Assembly: GCA_963842525.1 (NCBI GenBank)
Contig: CAWJGT010000007.1
Location: 64,001-128,000, forward strand
Reading direction: 5' to 3'
Length of the DNA: 64,000 nucleotides
DNA from: an uncultured Holophagales bacterium
GTDB taxonomy: Bacteria; Acidobacteriota; Thermoanaerobaculia; Multivoradales; UBA5704
Part shown: positions 1 to 8,553 of the stretch, piece after piece
How the letters are laid out: each line of letters begins with the position of its first letter
Numbering within the stretch: the stretch's first letter is position 1
Notes under the pieces: model-generated
What the model was told of the DNA's origin: nothing
Seen by the model: only the letters and a program-made list of their open reading frames with translations
Databases searched by the model: none
Position numbers and translations under genes: made by a program

Positions 1-910
1 GGTCGAAGAGCTGGACGCGCCGCTCTATCCGCACGACGTGCCCAAGGAGGGGAGCCGGAAAGTGCCGTTCTCTCGCGTCCTCTACATCGAGCGGGACGAC
101 TTCGCGGAGCAGCCTCCGAAAGGTTTCCATCGACTGGCCCCCGGCCGCGAGGTGCGGCTGCGCTATGCGTACCTCGTCCGCTGCGAGAGCGTCGTCAAGG
201 ACGCGAGCGGTGAGATCGTCGAGGTCCGCTGCACCTACGACCCAGCCACCCGCGGCGGCTCGGCCCCGGACGGCCGCAAGGTGCCGGGCACCCTGCATTG
301 GGTGTCCGCGGACCACTCGATACCGGTCGAGGTGCGGCTGTACGACCGCCTTTTCCGGGTCGAGCGGCCGGACCTGGAAGAAGGAGATTTCGAGGAGTAT
401 CTCAACCCCAAGGCCCTCGAAACCCTTGCGGACAGCCGCCTCGAGCCGGCGGCAGCGGATCTGGGCGAGCGGTTGCAGTTCGAGCGGCAGGGCTACTTCT
501 TCCGCGATCCTGTCGATTCGAGCCCCGGCCATCTCGTGTTCAACCGCACCGTGCCACTCCGGGACTCGTGGGCGCAGGAAGTCCAGAAGCAGTCGCCCGC
601 CGCCTCGACCTCAGCCGGCGCGCAGAAGCCGCCCGAGCCGAGGGCGCCGAAGGTGAAGGAAGAGAAAGCCCCCGAGCCGCTCTCGCCGGAGGAGCTGGAG
701 CAGCTCGAGCAGATGCGGCCCGAGGTCCTGCCGATCGTCCAGGGCGTGCTCGCCGCACACCCCAACGAAGTCGAGCGCTACCGCGCCGGACAGACCGGCG
801 TCCTCGGCTTCCTGATGGCGCAGGTGATGAAACAGTCAGGAAAGGGCGGCGGCAAGGCCAACGCCAAGCTGATCAGCGTGATGCTGGCCCGGGAGCTGAG
901 CGGCTCGTAG
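1..910 (+). CDS. glnS: Glutamine--tRNA ligase, 3' part, with C-terminal YqeY/GatB-like domain (5' end outside window)
   Basis: GlnRS anticodon-domain motifs RLAPGREVRLRYAY, GTLHWVSA, QFERQGYF, FNRTVPLRDSW; tail HPNEVERYRAGQTGVLGFLMAQVMK is YqeY-like. Confidence 0.92.
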   Translation, partial: VEELDAPLYPHDVPKEGSRKVPFSRVLYIERDDFAEQPPKGFHRLAPGREVRLRYAYLVRCESVVKDASGEIVEVRCTYDPATRGGSAPDGRKVPGTLHWVSADHSIPVEVRLYDRLFRVERPDLEEGDFEEYLNPKALETLADSRLEPAAADLGERLQFERQGYFFRDPVDSSPGHLVFNRTVPLRDSWAQEVQKQSPAASTSAGAQKPPEPRAPKVKEEKAPEPLSPEELEQLEQMRPEVLPIVQGVLAAHPNEVERYRAGQTGVLGFLMAQVMKQSGKGGGKANAKLISVMLARELSGS

Positions 911-917
911 GCGAGGA

Positions 918-1145
918 TCAAGCGAAGCTTGCTACAGCGACACTCCTGGGTTTCGCCAAGCTTCGCCGATGCAGCTTAATCCTTTCGATCTCGTAAAGGG
1001 TCTCGGCCGTCAGGTAGCTCTCTCCGCAGTGCGGACATACCACGACAGGCACATTCTCGATCACCAACAAATTGGCCCCCTTGCCGTAGCTCCGGGTCAT
1101 AAGACGGACTTCGGCCCCGCTCTTGCCACAGATATCACAGACCAT
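918..1145 (-). CDS. YgiT-type zinc finger protein (MqsA-like antitoxin)
   Basis: MVCDIC...VIENVPVVVCPHCGESYL; directly downstream of DUF4258 gene. Confidence 0.85.
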   Translation of the reverse strand: MVCDICGKSGAEVRLMTRSYGKGANLLVIENVPVVVCPHCGESYLTAETLYEIERIKLHRRSLAKPRSVAVASFA

Positions 1146-1166
1146 TGTGTTCCCCTTCGTTCTCAT

Positions 1167-1451
1167 TCAATCAACATAGACCGTCAAGATCACGAGCTTG
1201 TCCGTGGGGCCGAATTTTCCGACAACCACAGCACTTCGGGCTCCGTCTACAGTCGCTCCGCGGACCAGGTACTTGGGTTCCCGAGTACGGCGGTTTCGCT
1301 GCCGCTCGACGATCTCCCCTGTCAGGATGACACTCTCCACGTCGAAGATCGTCAACCCATCGTTGTCCATCTCCTCTTCCGCATGGGTTGTCATGACATA
1401 GAGCCGCCTGCGGACCTTCTCTCGCATTCGGGTGAGAGTACGGGCCGGCAT
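1167..1451 (-). CDS. DUF4258 family protein (RelE-like toxin)
   Basis: TTHAEEEMDNDGLTIFDVESVILTGEIVE...LVILTVY; usual pairing with YgiT finger. Confidence 0.82.
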   Translation of the reverse strand: MPARTLTRMREKVRRRLYVMTTHAEEEMDNDGLTIFDVESVILTGEIVERQRNRRTREPKYLVRGATVDGARSAVVVGKFGPTDKLVILTVYVD

Positions 1452-1624
1452 CCGGGCATTCTACGGCATGCGGTCGGTTTCTCGGGGTGTGGAGGGAGGA
1501 AGGCGGCGCAGCGCCTCGGCGCTGTCCGTCCATCCAGAGCCTGCCACTCCTGGTCGACAGCCCGCGTAGGGAGCCCCCTTCTAGGGTATGATCTAGAGAT
1601 GGTTAGCTATGGAAAGGAGAACGC

Positions 1625-1825
1625 ATGAAGAAGAGCCGTCTTTTCGCGCTGGCAGCGGTGCTCGGTCTCGTCGCGCTGGCGGGAGCCGAAGGTGCCAGTG
1701 TGCCCCTCCCAACCTTCTGCATGTGCGCCTGTCCGGATGGCACCGTCATCTGCGTGGAGAGCATCAAAGGGGACTGCGGCGTCCCGTGTGCGCAGGCCAT
1801 GCAGTATTGCCCCTCGGACATGTGA
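1625..1825 (+). CDS. Small secreted cysteine-rich peptide
   Basis: RBS GAAAGGAG, signal peptide MKKSRLFALAAVLGLVALAGAEGA, 7 Cys in mature part. Confidence 0.65.
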   Translation: MKKSRLFALAAVLGLVALAGAEGASVPLPTFCMCACPDGTVICVESIKGDCGVPCAQAMQYCPSDM

Positions 1826-2072
1826 AGCCAGCTACCGGGGCTTGCCGCGCAGTGTTGTCGCAAGCCTTTGGAGCTCGATTGCCTCTCTGGACCAGCACCT
1901 GACGCTCCTCCGGGTCGAGCGTCAGGTTCGCCTTTTCCCCGAGCAGGAGACTCTTTGTGGCTATCGCCTCGGCGTCCTGGCGGGCGGCGGCCGCCATGGT
2001 GGGCGCGGCGGCAGGGCCCATCCCAAGCCCCAATCCGTGGTACTATTTTTGGGGTCCGGAAGGAGGCCCATC

Positions 2073-2312
2073 GTGATACCGCTCAAAGTGCAATTGACCG
2101 AGGACGATCTCAAGTTCATCGAACAGGCGTGCTCCACTCTGCATTACCGGAGCCGCAGCGAGTATCTGCGCGAGGCCATTCAGAAGAAAATCGAAATGGA
2201 TCGCGCACGCATCCGTGAGCTAAGACGCCAGGAGGCCATGAAGGCGTACGGCCGCGGCCACCTGGAGGACGCTTTCGAGGAGATTGCCGGAGAAGATTTT
2301 GAGGACCGGTGA
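2073..2312 (+). CDS. Ribbon-helix-helix antitoxin (MazE/CopG-like)
   Basis: RBS AAGGAGG before GTG 2073; YRSRSEYLREAI RHH motif; overlaps toxin start. Confidence 0.8.
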   Translation: MIPLKVQLTEDDLKFIEQACSTLHYRSRSEYLREAIQKKIEMDRARIRELRRQEAMKAYGRGHLEDAFEEIAGEDFEDR

Positions 2313-2655
2313 CATCTACCGGGTCCAGCTCGACCCAGTGGTCGGGCATGAGATGAACAAGACCAGACCGGTCGTCGTGCTCAATCCCGGCGACGCCAAG
2401 AGCCTTCGGTTGGCAATTGTGGTGCCAGTGACCGCGTGGAAACCGCACTGGGAAGGCAACGCGTTCTTCCTGACCCTGGACCCCAAAGCCCATCCCGAAC
2501 TGACCAAGAAGTCTGCTGTCGACTGCTACCAGATTCGGGCTCTCAGCCACGACCGGTTCCAGGAGAGGCTCGGTGAGTTGAGCCCGGCCGAGGTCGAGAC
2601 GCTCAAGCGGGCTCTTTCCCTGATCCTCGACATCGAAGCCCGCCACTGCGTGTAG
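2299..2655 (+). CDS. mazF: PemK/MazF family endoribonuclease toxin
   Basis: GDIYRVQLDPVVGHEMNKTRPVVVL...KKSAVDCYQIRALSHDRF; start 2284 or 2299. Confidence 0.9.
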   Translation: MRTGDIYRVQLDPVVGHEMNKTRPVVVLNPGDAKSLRLAIVVPVTAWKPHWEGNAFFLTLDPKAHPELTKKSAVDCYQIRALSHDRFQERLGELSPAEVETLKRALSLILDIEARHCV

Positions 2656-3167
2656 AAGGCCGATGGCTTCCTGGTAGCGTAGGTTCGCCAGAAGCAGGGT
2701 GAAACCGGGGTTTTTCTCCAGGAACTTCGCGAACACCGGGCCAAAATGGATTCCACCCTCGACTTGGAAATTCACCGTCAGGGTGTAATAGACCTTGACC
2801 GCTCGTCCTTCCAGGGTGGATGGTTTGAACTTCCAGGTCTCGACAGCCTCCAGGGCCGCCCGGTCGAGCCCCAAGGGCAGGCCTTTGAGGACCCGTGCGT
2901 TCGTCACATTGCCCTGCTCGTCAATGATCGATTCCACGATCACGACGCCCTGGATCCCTGCCTTGCGGGCGATCTCCGTATAGACCGGTGGCAGGCCGGA
3001 GATTTTTTCCGGCCGACCTCGCCGCCGACCCGATTCGGCGGTACGGCCTCCGCGGGGGCCTCTGGAGTCTGGAGCGCCAAAGCTCCGCCGCCTTGGAGGA
3101 GGAGCACAGCGAGCATAAGGATTGTCGGAGAAATGCGGAGCCTGGCAGGCATTTTCGTCCCTTTCAC
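2650..3167 (-). pseudogene. TonB family energy transducer, frameshifted and apparently 3'-truncated
   Basis: Signal/TM segment in ORF 2940-3167; TonB_C (PVYTEIARKAGIQGVVIVESIIDEQGNV...WKFKPS) in another frame, running on antisense through mazF. Confidence 0.7.
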
Positions 3168-3820
3168 GAGGAGGCGGCCTCAACCGCCCGGGCGACGATG
3201 TAGAACACGGACCGGCTGGCGCGGCCCCCCAGCCGCTTCGCCCACGAGGTCTGGAGCTGCGGCCAGTCCTCTTCCGGTAGCATACCCCTCTCCATGACCT
3301 CGAACCCCGCGTCTCTATATCTGGGTGCGAGGGTTACATCGATGTACGCCACCGACATGGGCTCCAGCCCGAGACGTTCCACCTCGGTTCGGTCCCGGTC
3401 AGGGTCGAGCCCGAGGATCACCTCCAACAGAGCCCCGGGCGAGCAGACGCGCCGCAGGTTCTGCAACGCCAGCCTGTCCCCTGCGGCCACGGCGCGCAGC
3501 AGGCTGCCCCACGGGAAGTGGACGTGCACCTCGTCGGCGATGCCGTCCAGCTCAGCCGGCAGGTTCTCGACCGCTGCCTGGACGAACAGGGCATTAGGAA
3601 GGCCGCCTTTCGACGGCTTCCTGTGGATCTTCTCCGACACCTTCTCCAGGGGGCGCGGGCTGGCGTCCACCCCGATGTAAAACTTCCTCGGGTTGTGCAG
3701 GGCCGACTGGTACACAAAGACACCGTCCCCGGTCCCGATGTCGATCACCACCCCCTCGCCGGTAGGGGGCGATGAGCTCGTGGAAGCCGTTTCGGTCCAG
3801 TTATCAGGTGGTCCTGCCAC
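3164..3820 (-). CDS. 16S rRNA (adenine1408-N1)-methyltransferase, NpmA/KamB family
   Basis: IDIGTGDG, KPSKGGLPN, FPWGSLL and TSWAKRL match family signatures. Confidence 0.85.
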   Translation of the reverse strand: MAGPPDNWTETASTSSSPPTGEGVVIDIGTGDGVFVYQSALHNPRKFYIGVDASPRPLEKVSEKIHRKPSKGGLPNALFVQAAVENLPAELDGIADEVHVHFPWGSLLRAVAAGDRLALQNLRRVCSPGALLEVILGLDPDRDRTEVERLGLEPMSVAYIDVTLAPRYRDAGFEVMERGMLPEEDWPQLQTSWAKRLGGRASRSVFYIVARAVEAASS

Positions 3821-3930
3821 GGATCAGCTTCAACATGGGGCACATCCTTTCTACGTGGTCAATATACCAGGAAGGTCGCTCCATGCCTGGCGAGGCCTCA
3901 AGACAGGCAGCAGAGAGCCTCCGCTATGCC

Positions 3931-5322
3931 TCAGCGATGAGATTGTCTTCCGCGGCCCTGCGGCTTCGGACGATCTTTTCTCGGCTTCTTGTTTCTTGGC
4001 TTTGGAGCCCGCGAGAAGACGTCGGAGCGAGATCTCCGCGGTCCATCGGTTTCGTCCGGCGTCTCTTCCGAGACGATACCCTGATAGCTCAGGTATTTCC
4101 CCTTCCGCGGATACCAATCCTTGTACGGTGAGATGAGCCCCTCGGCCTGACGTTTCAGTGTGACCAGCGCGGAGTCCGTGAAGTCCTGCTGGATCAGGTT
4201 GCCGCTCCGGATCCGGAACCGGATGCCGGACATGCTCGAAGAGCCTCCCGAGATCATCTCCCGGTCCACCCTCCAGGCTCCCACGATGTGCTCGGCGGCC
4301 ACTTCATAGGTCGCCACCTCCCCGAACTGCCAGACCGCACCGCCCTCCTCTCCCTGGGCGATCGTTTGACTCTGGTCGTAGCGGTAGCGCGACCGGCGCC
4401 GCCATTTCCTCCGGTCCTTCTGTCTCACGCCCGTTTCGACGCTTTCCGCCAGCATCTGGGCCCGGCGGGTGTCGACGTAGGAGTCCATGGCGACGGCATA
4501 GAGGTAGATCGACGCGGAGGTCTCCAGAGGGAAGAACATGGACCCCCGGACGTCGCGCGCGACACAGACGGCGGACTCATTCACAATGTCGTCTTGCGAG
4601 GACCGCCAGATGATCGAGGAGGGATCGTTGAGGCCGGAGCCGCGGAGCTCCCTTTCGAGCCGGCTGGAAAAACCTGTCGTCAAGACTTTGGCGGGTGAAC
4701 GGCTGTCGCCGCGCCAGAACAGCATCGGCCTGGACGAAACCACATCGAATCTTCCCCGCGTTCCCCGGGTCGAGAGGATCAGATCTTCTTCGCCGATCGA
4801 CTCGGAGTCGATCATCTGATTGACCAGCGTCTGGGTGTCCTCGTCGACTGCCGGGACTCCGAGAAGCTCCCGCTTCTTTCGCCGCCGGGCCCGGGCCGGC
4901 TGCACGACCGGGACCGGAGAAGTCGACCGGACGGCAGGCAGCGGCGGCGGCGCGACCGTTTTTATGGCGGCCGGCCGGAGGGCGGGCTGGACGATTGGGC
5001 TCGCCGGCCGCGGAGCCGTCCCAACCCGCGGAACGGCCGGGACCGGGGGAGCCACCGGCCGCCGCTCCGCGTGGAGCCCGGGGCTCTTCGCGACTGGGAC
5101 CTGGACGCGCGGTGCGATCGGCGGGAGCGGCTGGAGGCGGGGAGGCGGCGGCGCGGCCTTCGCCTGGACGGCAGCAAGGGCCTGCTGGACGTGGGGAGCC
5201 GGAAGCCGCGTGGCCGGGGCAGGTTGCCGCGCCTGCACCGAGGACGTCATCGCCGCCTGGACGTGCGGCGCAAGGGTCCTCACAGGAGCTGGCGGCATCG
5301 AGACAGGCGGCTTGCTAGACAT
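3931..5322 (-). CDS. Putative toxin: Pro/Ala-rich N-terminus plus scabin/enterotoxin-like ADP-ribosyltransferase domain
   Basis: FWRGDSRSPAKVLTTGF ... YLYAV ... WQFGEVAT ... HIVGAW. Confidence 0.62.
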   Translation of the reverse strand: MSSKPPVSMPPAPVRTLAPHVQAAMTSSVQARQPAPATRLPAPHVQQALAAVQAKAAPPPPRLQPLPPIAPRVQVPVAKSPGLHAERRPVAPPVPAVPRVGTAPRPASPIVQPALRPAAIKTVAPPPLPAVRSTSPVPVVQPARARRRKKRELLGVPAVDEDTQTLVNQMIDSESIGEEDLILSTRGTRGRFDVVSSRPMLFWRGDSRSPAKVLTTGFSSRLERELRGSGLNDPSSIIWRSSQDDIVNESAVCVARDVRGSMFFPLETSASIYLYAVAMDSYVDTRRAQMLAESVETGVRQKDRRKWRRRSRYRYDQSQTIAQGEEGGAVWQFGEVATYEVAAEHIVGAWRVDREMISGGSSSMSGIRFRIRSGNLIQQDFTDSALVTLKRQAEGLISPYKDWYPRKGKYLSYQGIVSEETPDETDGPRRSRSDVFSRAPKPRNKKPRKDRPKPQGRGRQSHR

Positions 5323-5420
5323 GGCGACGGCGAGGCTCCGTGAGCTGGTATCTGCCGCGCCTATTGTAAGGCCTTCGCGTTACTTCCTGACGCTCGGTTC
5401 TATAAGCGGAGCTTGCATTG

Positions 5421-5804
5421 TCATTCGATGGCTTCCACCAGATGCCTGCGGTTCGCCGGTGCTTCAAACGGCTCGGGCCAGAACTCGACCTGGCGTGTGA
5501 TCTTGCCGTCGGCAACCGTGAAGAACGAGATGGCCCTTGCCTTCTGAGCTCCGTCCGTGACTCCGACATCCGAGACTGCCTCTGCTTCGCAGCCGACGAG
5601 GCGATGGATCGTGAAGACCCAGGGGCCGCTCGCAGGGTACTCCGCGTTCATGCGCGCAAAGCGCTCTCTGCCGCGAATGCGCTCGTTGGACTGCGGCCAG
5701 TCGAGGACGTAATCATCGGCGAAAACGGCACCGACTGAGTAGAAGTCGTTGGTCGACATGAGCCGCCAGAACTCGCGGACGACTTCGATTGCGTTGCTGG
5801 GCAT
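5421..5804 (-). CDS. SnoaL-like / NTF2 family protein
   Basis: VVREFWRLM...DWPQSNERIRGRERF...EFWPEPF; start may be up to 5846. Confidence 0.85.
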   Translation of the reverse strand: MPSNAIEVVREFWRLMSTNDFYSVGAVFADDYVLDWPQSNERIRGRERFARMNAEYPASGPWVFTIHRLVGCEAEAVSDVGVTDGAQKARAISFFTVADGKITRQVEFWPEPFEAPANRRHLVEAIE

Positions 5805-5938
5805 GGCTATCTCCTCCATCTCCGAACCTCCTGCCATGGTCTCCATAGGATGGCACAGTCGGCGGAGGCGGTGGACGTGAAACGGACCGGCGCCTGACGC
5901 GTTCTAGAATGGAGGCCCTTGTTGCTCGGGAGGTGTCC

Positions 5939-6373
5939 ATGGCCAGATCCTGGAAGACGCCGCCGGCGGTGGTCCGGCGGAATGGTTGGCTGCTGATCGT
6001 TTCGATGCTCGTGACGTTCGTCGTGCTGCGGGTGTCGCTGCACATGTCCCCGAATTCGGACTTCAACGTCGGCGGCTACAACATCCACCACCTCTTCACC
6101 GGGCTCCTCCTGATCGTGCTCGGCGGCATCCCTCTGGCAGTGTTCCGGGGCTCGACCCGCCGGCTCGACGCGGCGCTGATCGTCTTCGGGGTGGGCCTGG
6201 GCATGACCCTGGACGAGTGGGTCTACCTGATCGCGACCGACGGCACCAACGCCTCTTATCTGCTCCCCGTGTCCTTCTGGGGAGGCGTGGTCGTCATCGG
6301 CGTCGCCTGTGTCTATTGTCTCGGGCTGGTCGTCCTGCGCGGGCAGGAGAGGTCGGACGCCGAGGAAACGTGA
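5939..6373 (+). CDS. Hypothetical membrane protein
   Basis: RBS GGAGG; four hydrophobic segments, IHHLFTG and GMTLDEW motifs. Confidence 0.7.
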   Translation: MARSWKTPPAVVRRNGWLLIVSMLVTFVVLRVSLHMSPNSDFNVGGYNIHHLFTGLLLIVLGGIPLAVFRGSTRRLDAALIVFGVGLGMTLDEWVYLIATDGTNASYLLPVSFWGGVVVIGVACVYCLGLVVLRGQERSDAEET

Positions 6374-6374
6374 C

Positions 6375-6935
6375 CTACCGCCTGCGCCGCGCCTCCTGAT
6401 ACTCCTCGCGCAGGAGGCCGTAGAGGTAGTTGTCGATGCGCCGGCCGCGGAGCTTGAAGTAGCCCTTGAGGCGGCCCTCCTTTTCGAAGCCGTTCTTCTC
6501 GAGGACCCGTTGCGAGCCGTAGTTCTCGACGGCGCAGCGGGCCTCGATCCGTTCGAGGAGGGTGTTCTGGAAGAGGTCTTCGAGGAGGATCTGCAGAGCC
6601 TCTGTCATCACGCCGCGGTTCTGGAAGGAGGTCGAGAGGGCGTAGCCCACCTCGGCGAGGCCGTGCTCCCAGTTGCTGACCACCAGGGTGATCCAGCCGG
6701 CGGCGTGGCCGTCGACCTGGACGATCCACTGGAACTTCTCGCCCCGGCCGCGGTAGAGGTCGGCGATGCGCTGGCTCGCCACGTCGGCCCGGAGCTGCGC
6801 CGTCGGCAGCTCGTTCAGCGGCTGGAAGCGCCGGACGGTCGGCTCGGCGCGCCACTGGCGCAGGATGTCGGCATCCCGGGGAGCCGCCGGCCGCAGGGTG
6901 ACTTCCTGGGGTGTGATCCGCTCGGCGAACGCCAT
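6375..6935 (-). CDS. GNAT N-acetyltransferase, RimJ/RimL family
   Basis: AEVGYAL...QNRGVMTEAL...ENYGSQRVLEKNGFEKEG. Confidence 0.9.
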   Translation of the reverse strand: MAFAERITPQEVTLRPAAPRDADILRQWRAEPTVRRFQPLNELPTAQLRADVASQRIADLYRGRGEKFQWIVQVDGHAAGWITLVVSNWEHGLAEVGYALSTSFQNRGVMTEALQILLEDLFQNTLLERIEARCAVENYGSQRVLEKNGFEKEGRLKGYFKLRGRRIDNYLYGLLREEYQEARRRR

Positions 6936-6952
6936 ACAGCTATTTTAGCCAA

Positions 6953-8476
6953 TCATCCGCCGGCTGCGGCGGTTCCGGGTGTGGATCCTCCAGCGGTCTG
7001 GCGGCCGCGCAGGCGCCAGGTCCCGAGCGCCGGCAGGATCGAGAGCAGGGCCATATATGCATAGCCCTGGACGAAGAGGTAGAGGAAGGGAACCGAGGGC
7101 CACATCCCCTTCACCACCGCGTAGGTCGTACAGAAGGCGAAGTAGACGGCGAGCACCACCTCCACCAGGAACGAGACGTTGCGGCCGGAGCGGTAGCGCT
7201 TACCCAGCCAGTCCTCGCCCCGTTTCTCGATGCGGTACTTGGGGGTGCGGTGGAAGGTGCCGCCCCGCTGCAGCAGGCCCGAGACCACGGCGAAGGTGTT
7301 GTTCACCGAAAGGCCGAGGCCGACTCCCATCAGGGTGGGCAGATAGCGAAGCTGCTGCCGCCAGCCGATGCCGGCCGCGCTCTGGCTCGCCATGTAGAAG
7401 ACCAGCACGGAGACCGTGGCGCCGAGGAAGAGCGGCAGGTCGATGAGCAGCACAGTCCTCAAGGTCGTGTCGCTGCGCGCGATCATGGCGGGGAAGACCA
7501 GCAGGGCGAGCACGGACATCAGCGCGTAGCTCACGTTGTTCGTCAGATGGACGAAGGCCTCGAATTTCACCCGCCAGGGGAGCGGCGAGCGCAGGATGCG
7601 CCCGAGGAGCTTGCGGCCGGTCTGGATCGAGCCCTTGGCCCAGCGGTATTGCTGGCTCTTGAAGCCGTTGATGTCGACCGGCAGCTCCGAGGGGACCGCC
7701 AGCTCGGGCAGGTAGAGGAACCTCCAGCCGCGGAGCTGGGCGCGGTAGGAGAGGTCGAGGTCCTCGGTCAGGGTGTCGTGCTCCCAGCCGCCGGATTCGA
7801 GGATCGCCTCGCGCCGCCAGATGCCGGCCGTGCCGTTGAAGTTGAAGAAGCAGCCGGTCCTGTGCCGGGCCGTGTGCTCGATGAGGAAATGGCCGTCGAG
7901 GAGGATGGCCTGGATCCGGGTCAGCAGCGAATAGTGCCGGTTGATGTGCGCCCAGCTCCCCTGCACCATGCCGATCGCCGGATCGGAGAAGAACGGCACC
8001 GAGGACCGGAGGAAGTCCGGCTGGGGCACGAAATCGGCGTCGAAGACGGCCAGCAGCGCCCCGCGCGCCCGTTCCAGGCCGTGGACGAGCGCCCCGGCCT
8101 TGAAGCCCGTGCGGTCGGGCCGGCGGATGTGGTGGACGTCGATGCCCCGGGCGCGCTGCTCGGCCACGACCCGGGCGACGATCTCGGTGGTCTCGTCGGT
8201 TGAGTCGTCGAGGACCTGGACCTCCAGGCGGCCGGCGGGATAGTCCAACGCGCAGGCGGCCTCGATCAGGCGGGGGGCTACGTACATCTCGTTGTAGAGT
8301 GGAAGCTGCACCGTGACCACGGGCCAGACCTCGGGATCGGCGGGCCGCACGGGCCGGCGCCCGCGGGTGCGCAGATACCACACGACCAGCGCGAGACGGT
8401 GCACGCCGTAGAAAGCGAGCACCGAAAGGACGAGGTAATAGAGTGCCAGCAGCGCCGGCGCCCCCGGAAAGCCCAT
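6953..8476 (-). CDS. GT2 processive glycosyltransferase (cellulose synthase-like)
   Basis: VTVQLPLYNE, KAGAL, FDADF, TEDLDL, QQYRW, flanking TMs. Confidence 0.92.
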   Translation of the reverse strand: MGFPGAPALLALYYLVLSVLAFYGVHRLALVVWYLRTRGRRPVRPADPEVWPVVTVQLPLYNEMYVAPRLIEAACALDYPAGRLEVQVLDDSTDETTEIVARVVAEQRARGIDVHHIRRPDRTGFKAGALVHGLERARGALLAVFDADFVPQPDFLRSSVPFFSDPAIGMVQGSWAHINRHYSLLTRIQAILLDGHFLIEHTARHRTGCFFNFNGTAGIWRREAILESGGWEHDTLTEDLDLSYRAQLRGWRFLYLPELAVPSELPVDINGFKSQQYRWAKGSIQTGRKLLGRILRSPLPWRVKFEAFVHLTNNVSYALMSVLALLVFPAMIARSDTTLRTVLLIDLPLFLGATVSVLVFYMASQSAAGIGWRQQLRYLPTLMGVGLGLSVNNTFAVVSGLLQRGGTFHRTPKYRIEKRGEDWLGKRYRSGRNVSFLVEVVLAVYFAFCTTYAVVKGMWPSVPFLYLFVQGYAYMALLSILPALGTWRLRGRQTAGGSTPGTAAAGG

Positions 8477-8553
8477 GGTCAGCGCACCCGTCTCCGGCGG
8501 CGAGCCTCCGGACCGTCCGGGCCCGTGATCTGGCCCTGCTGGCAGCCCTGATC

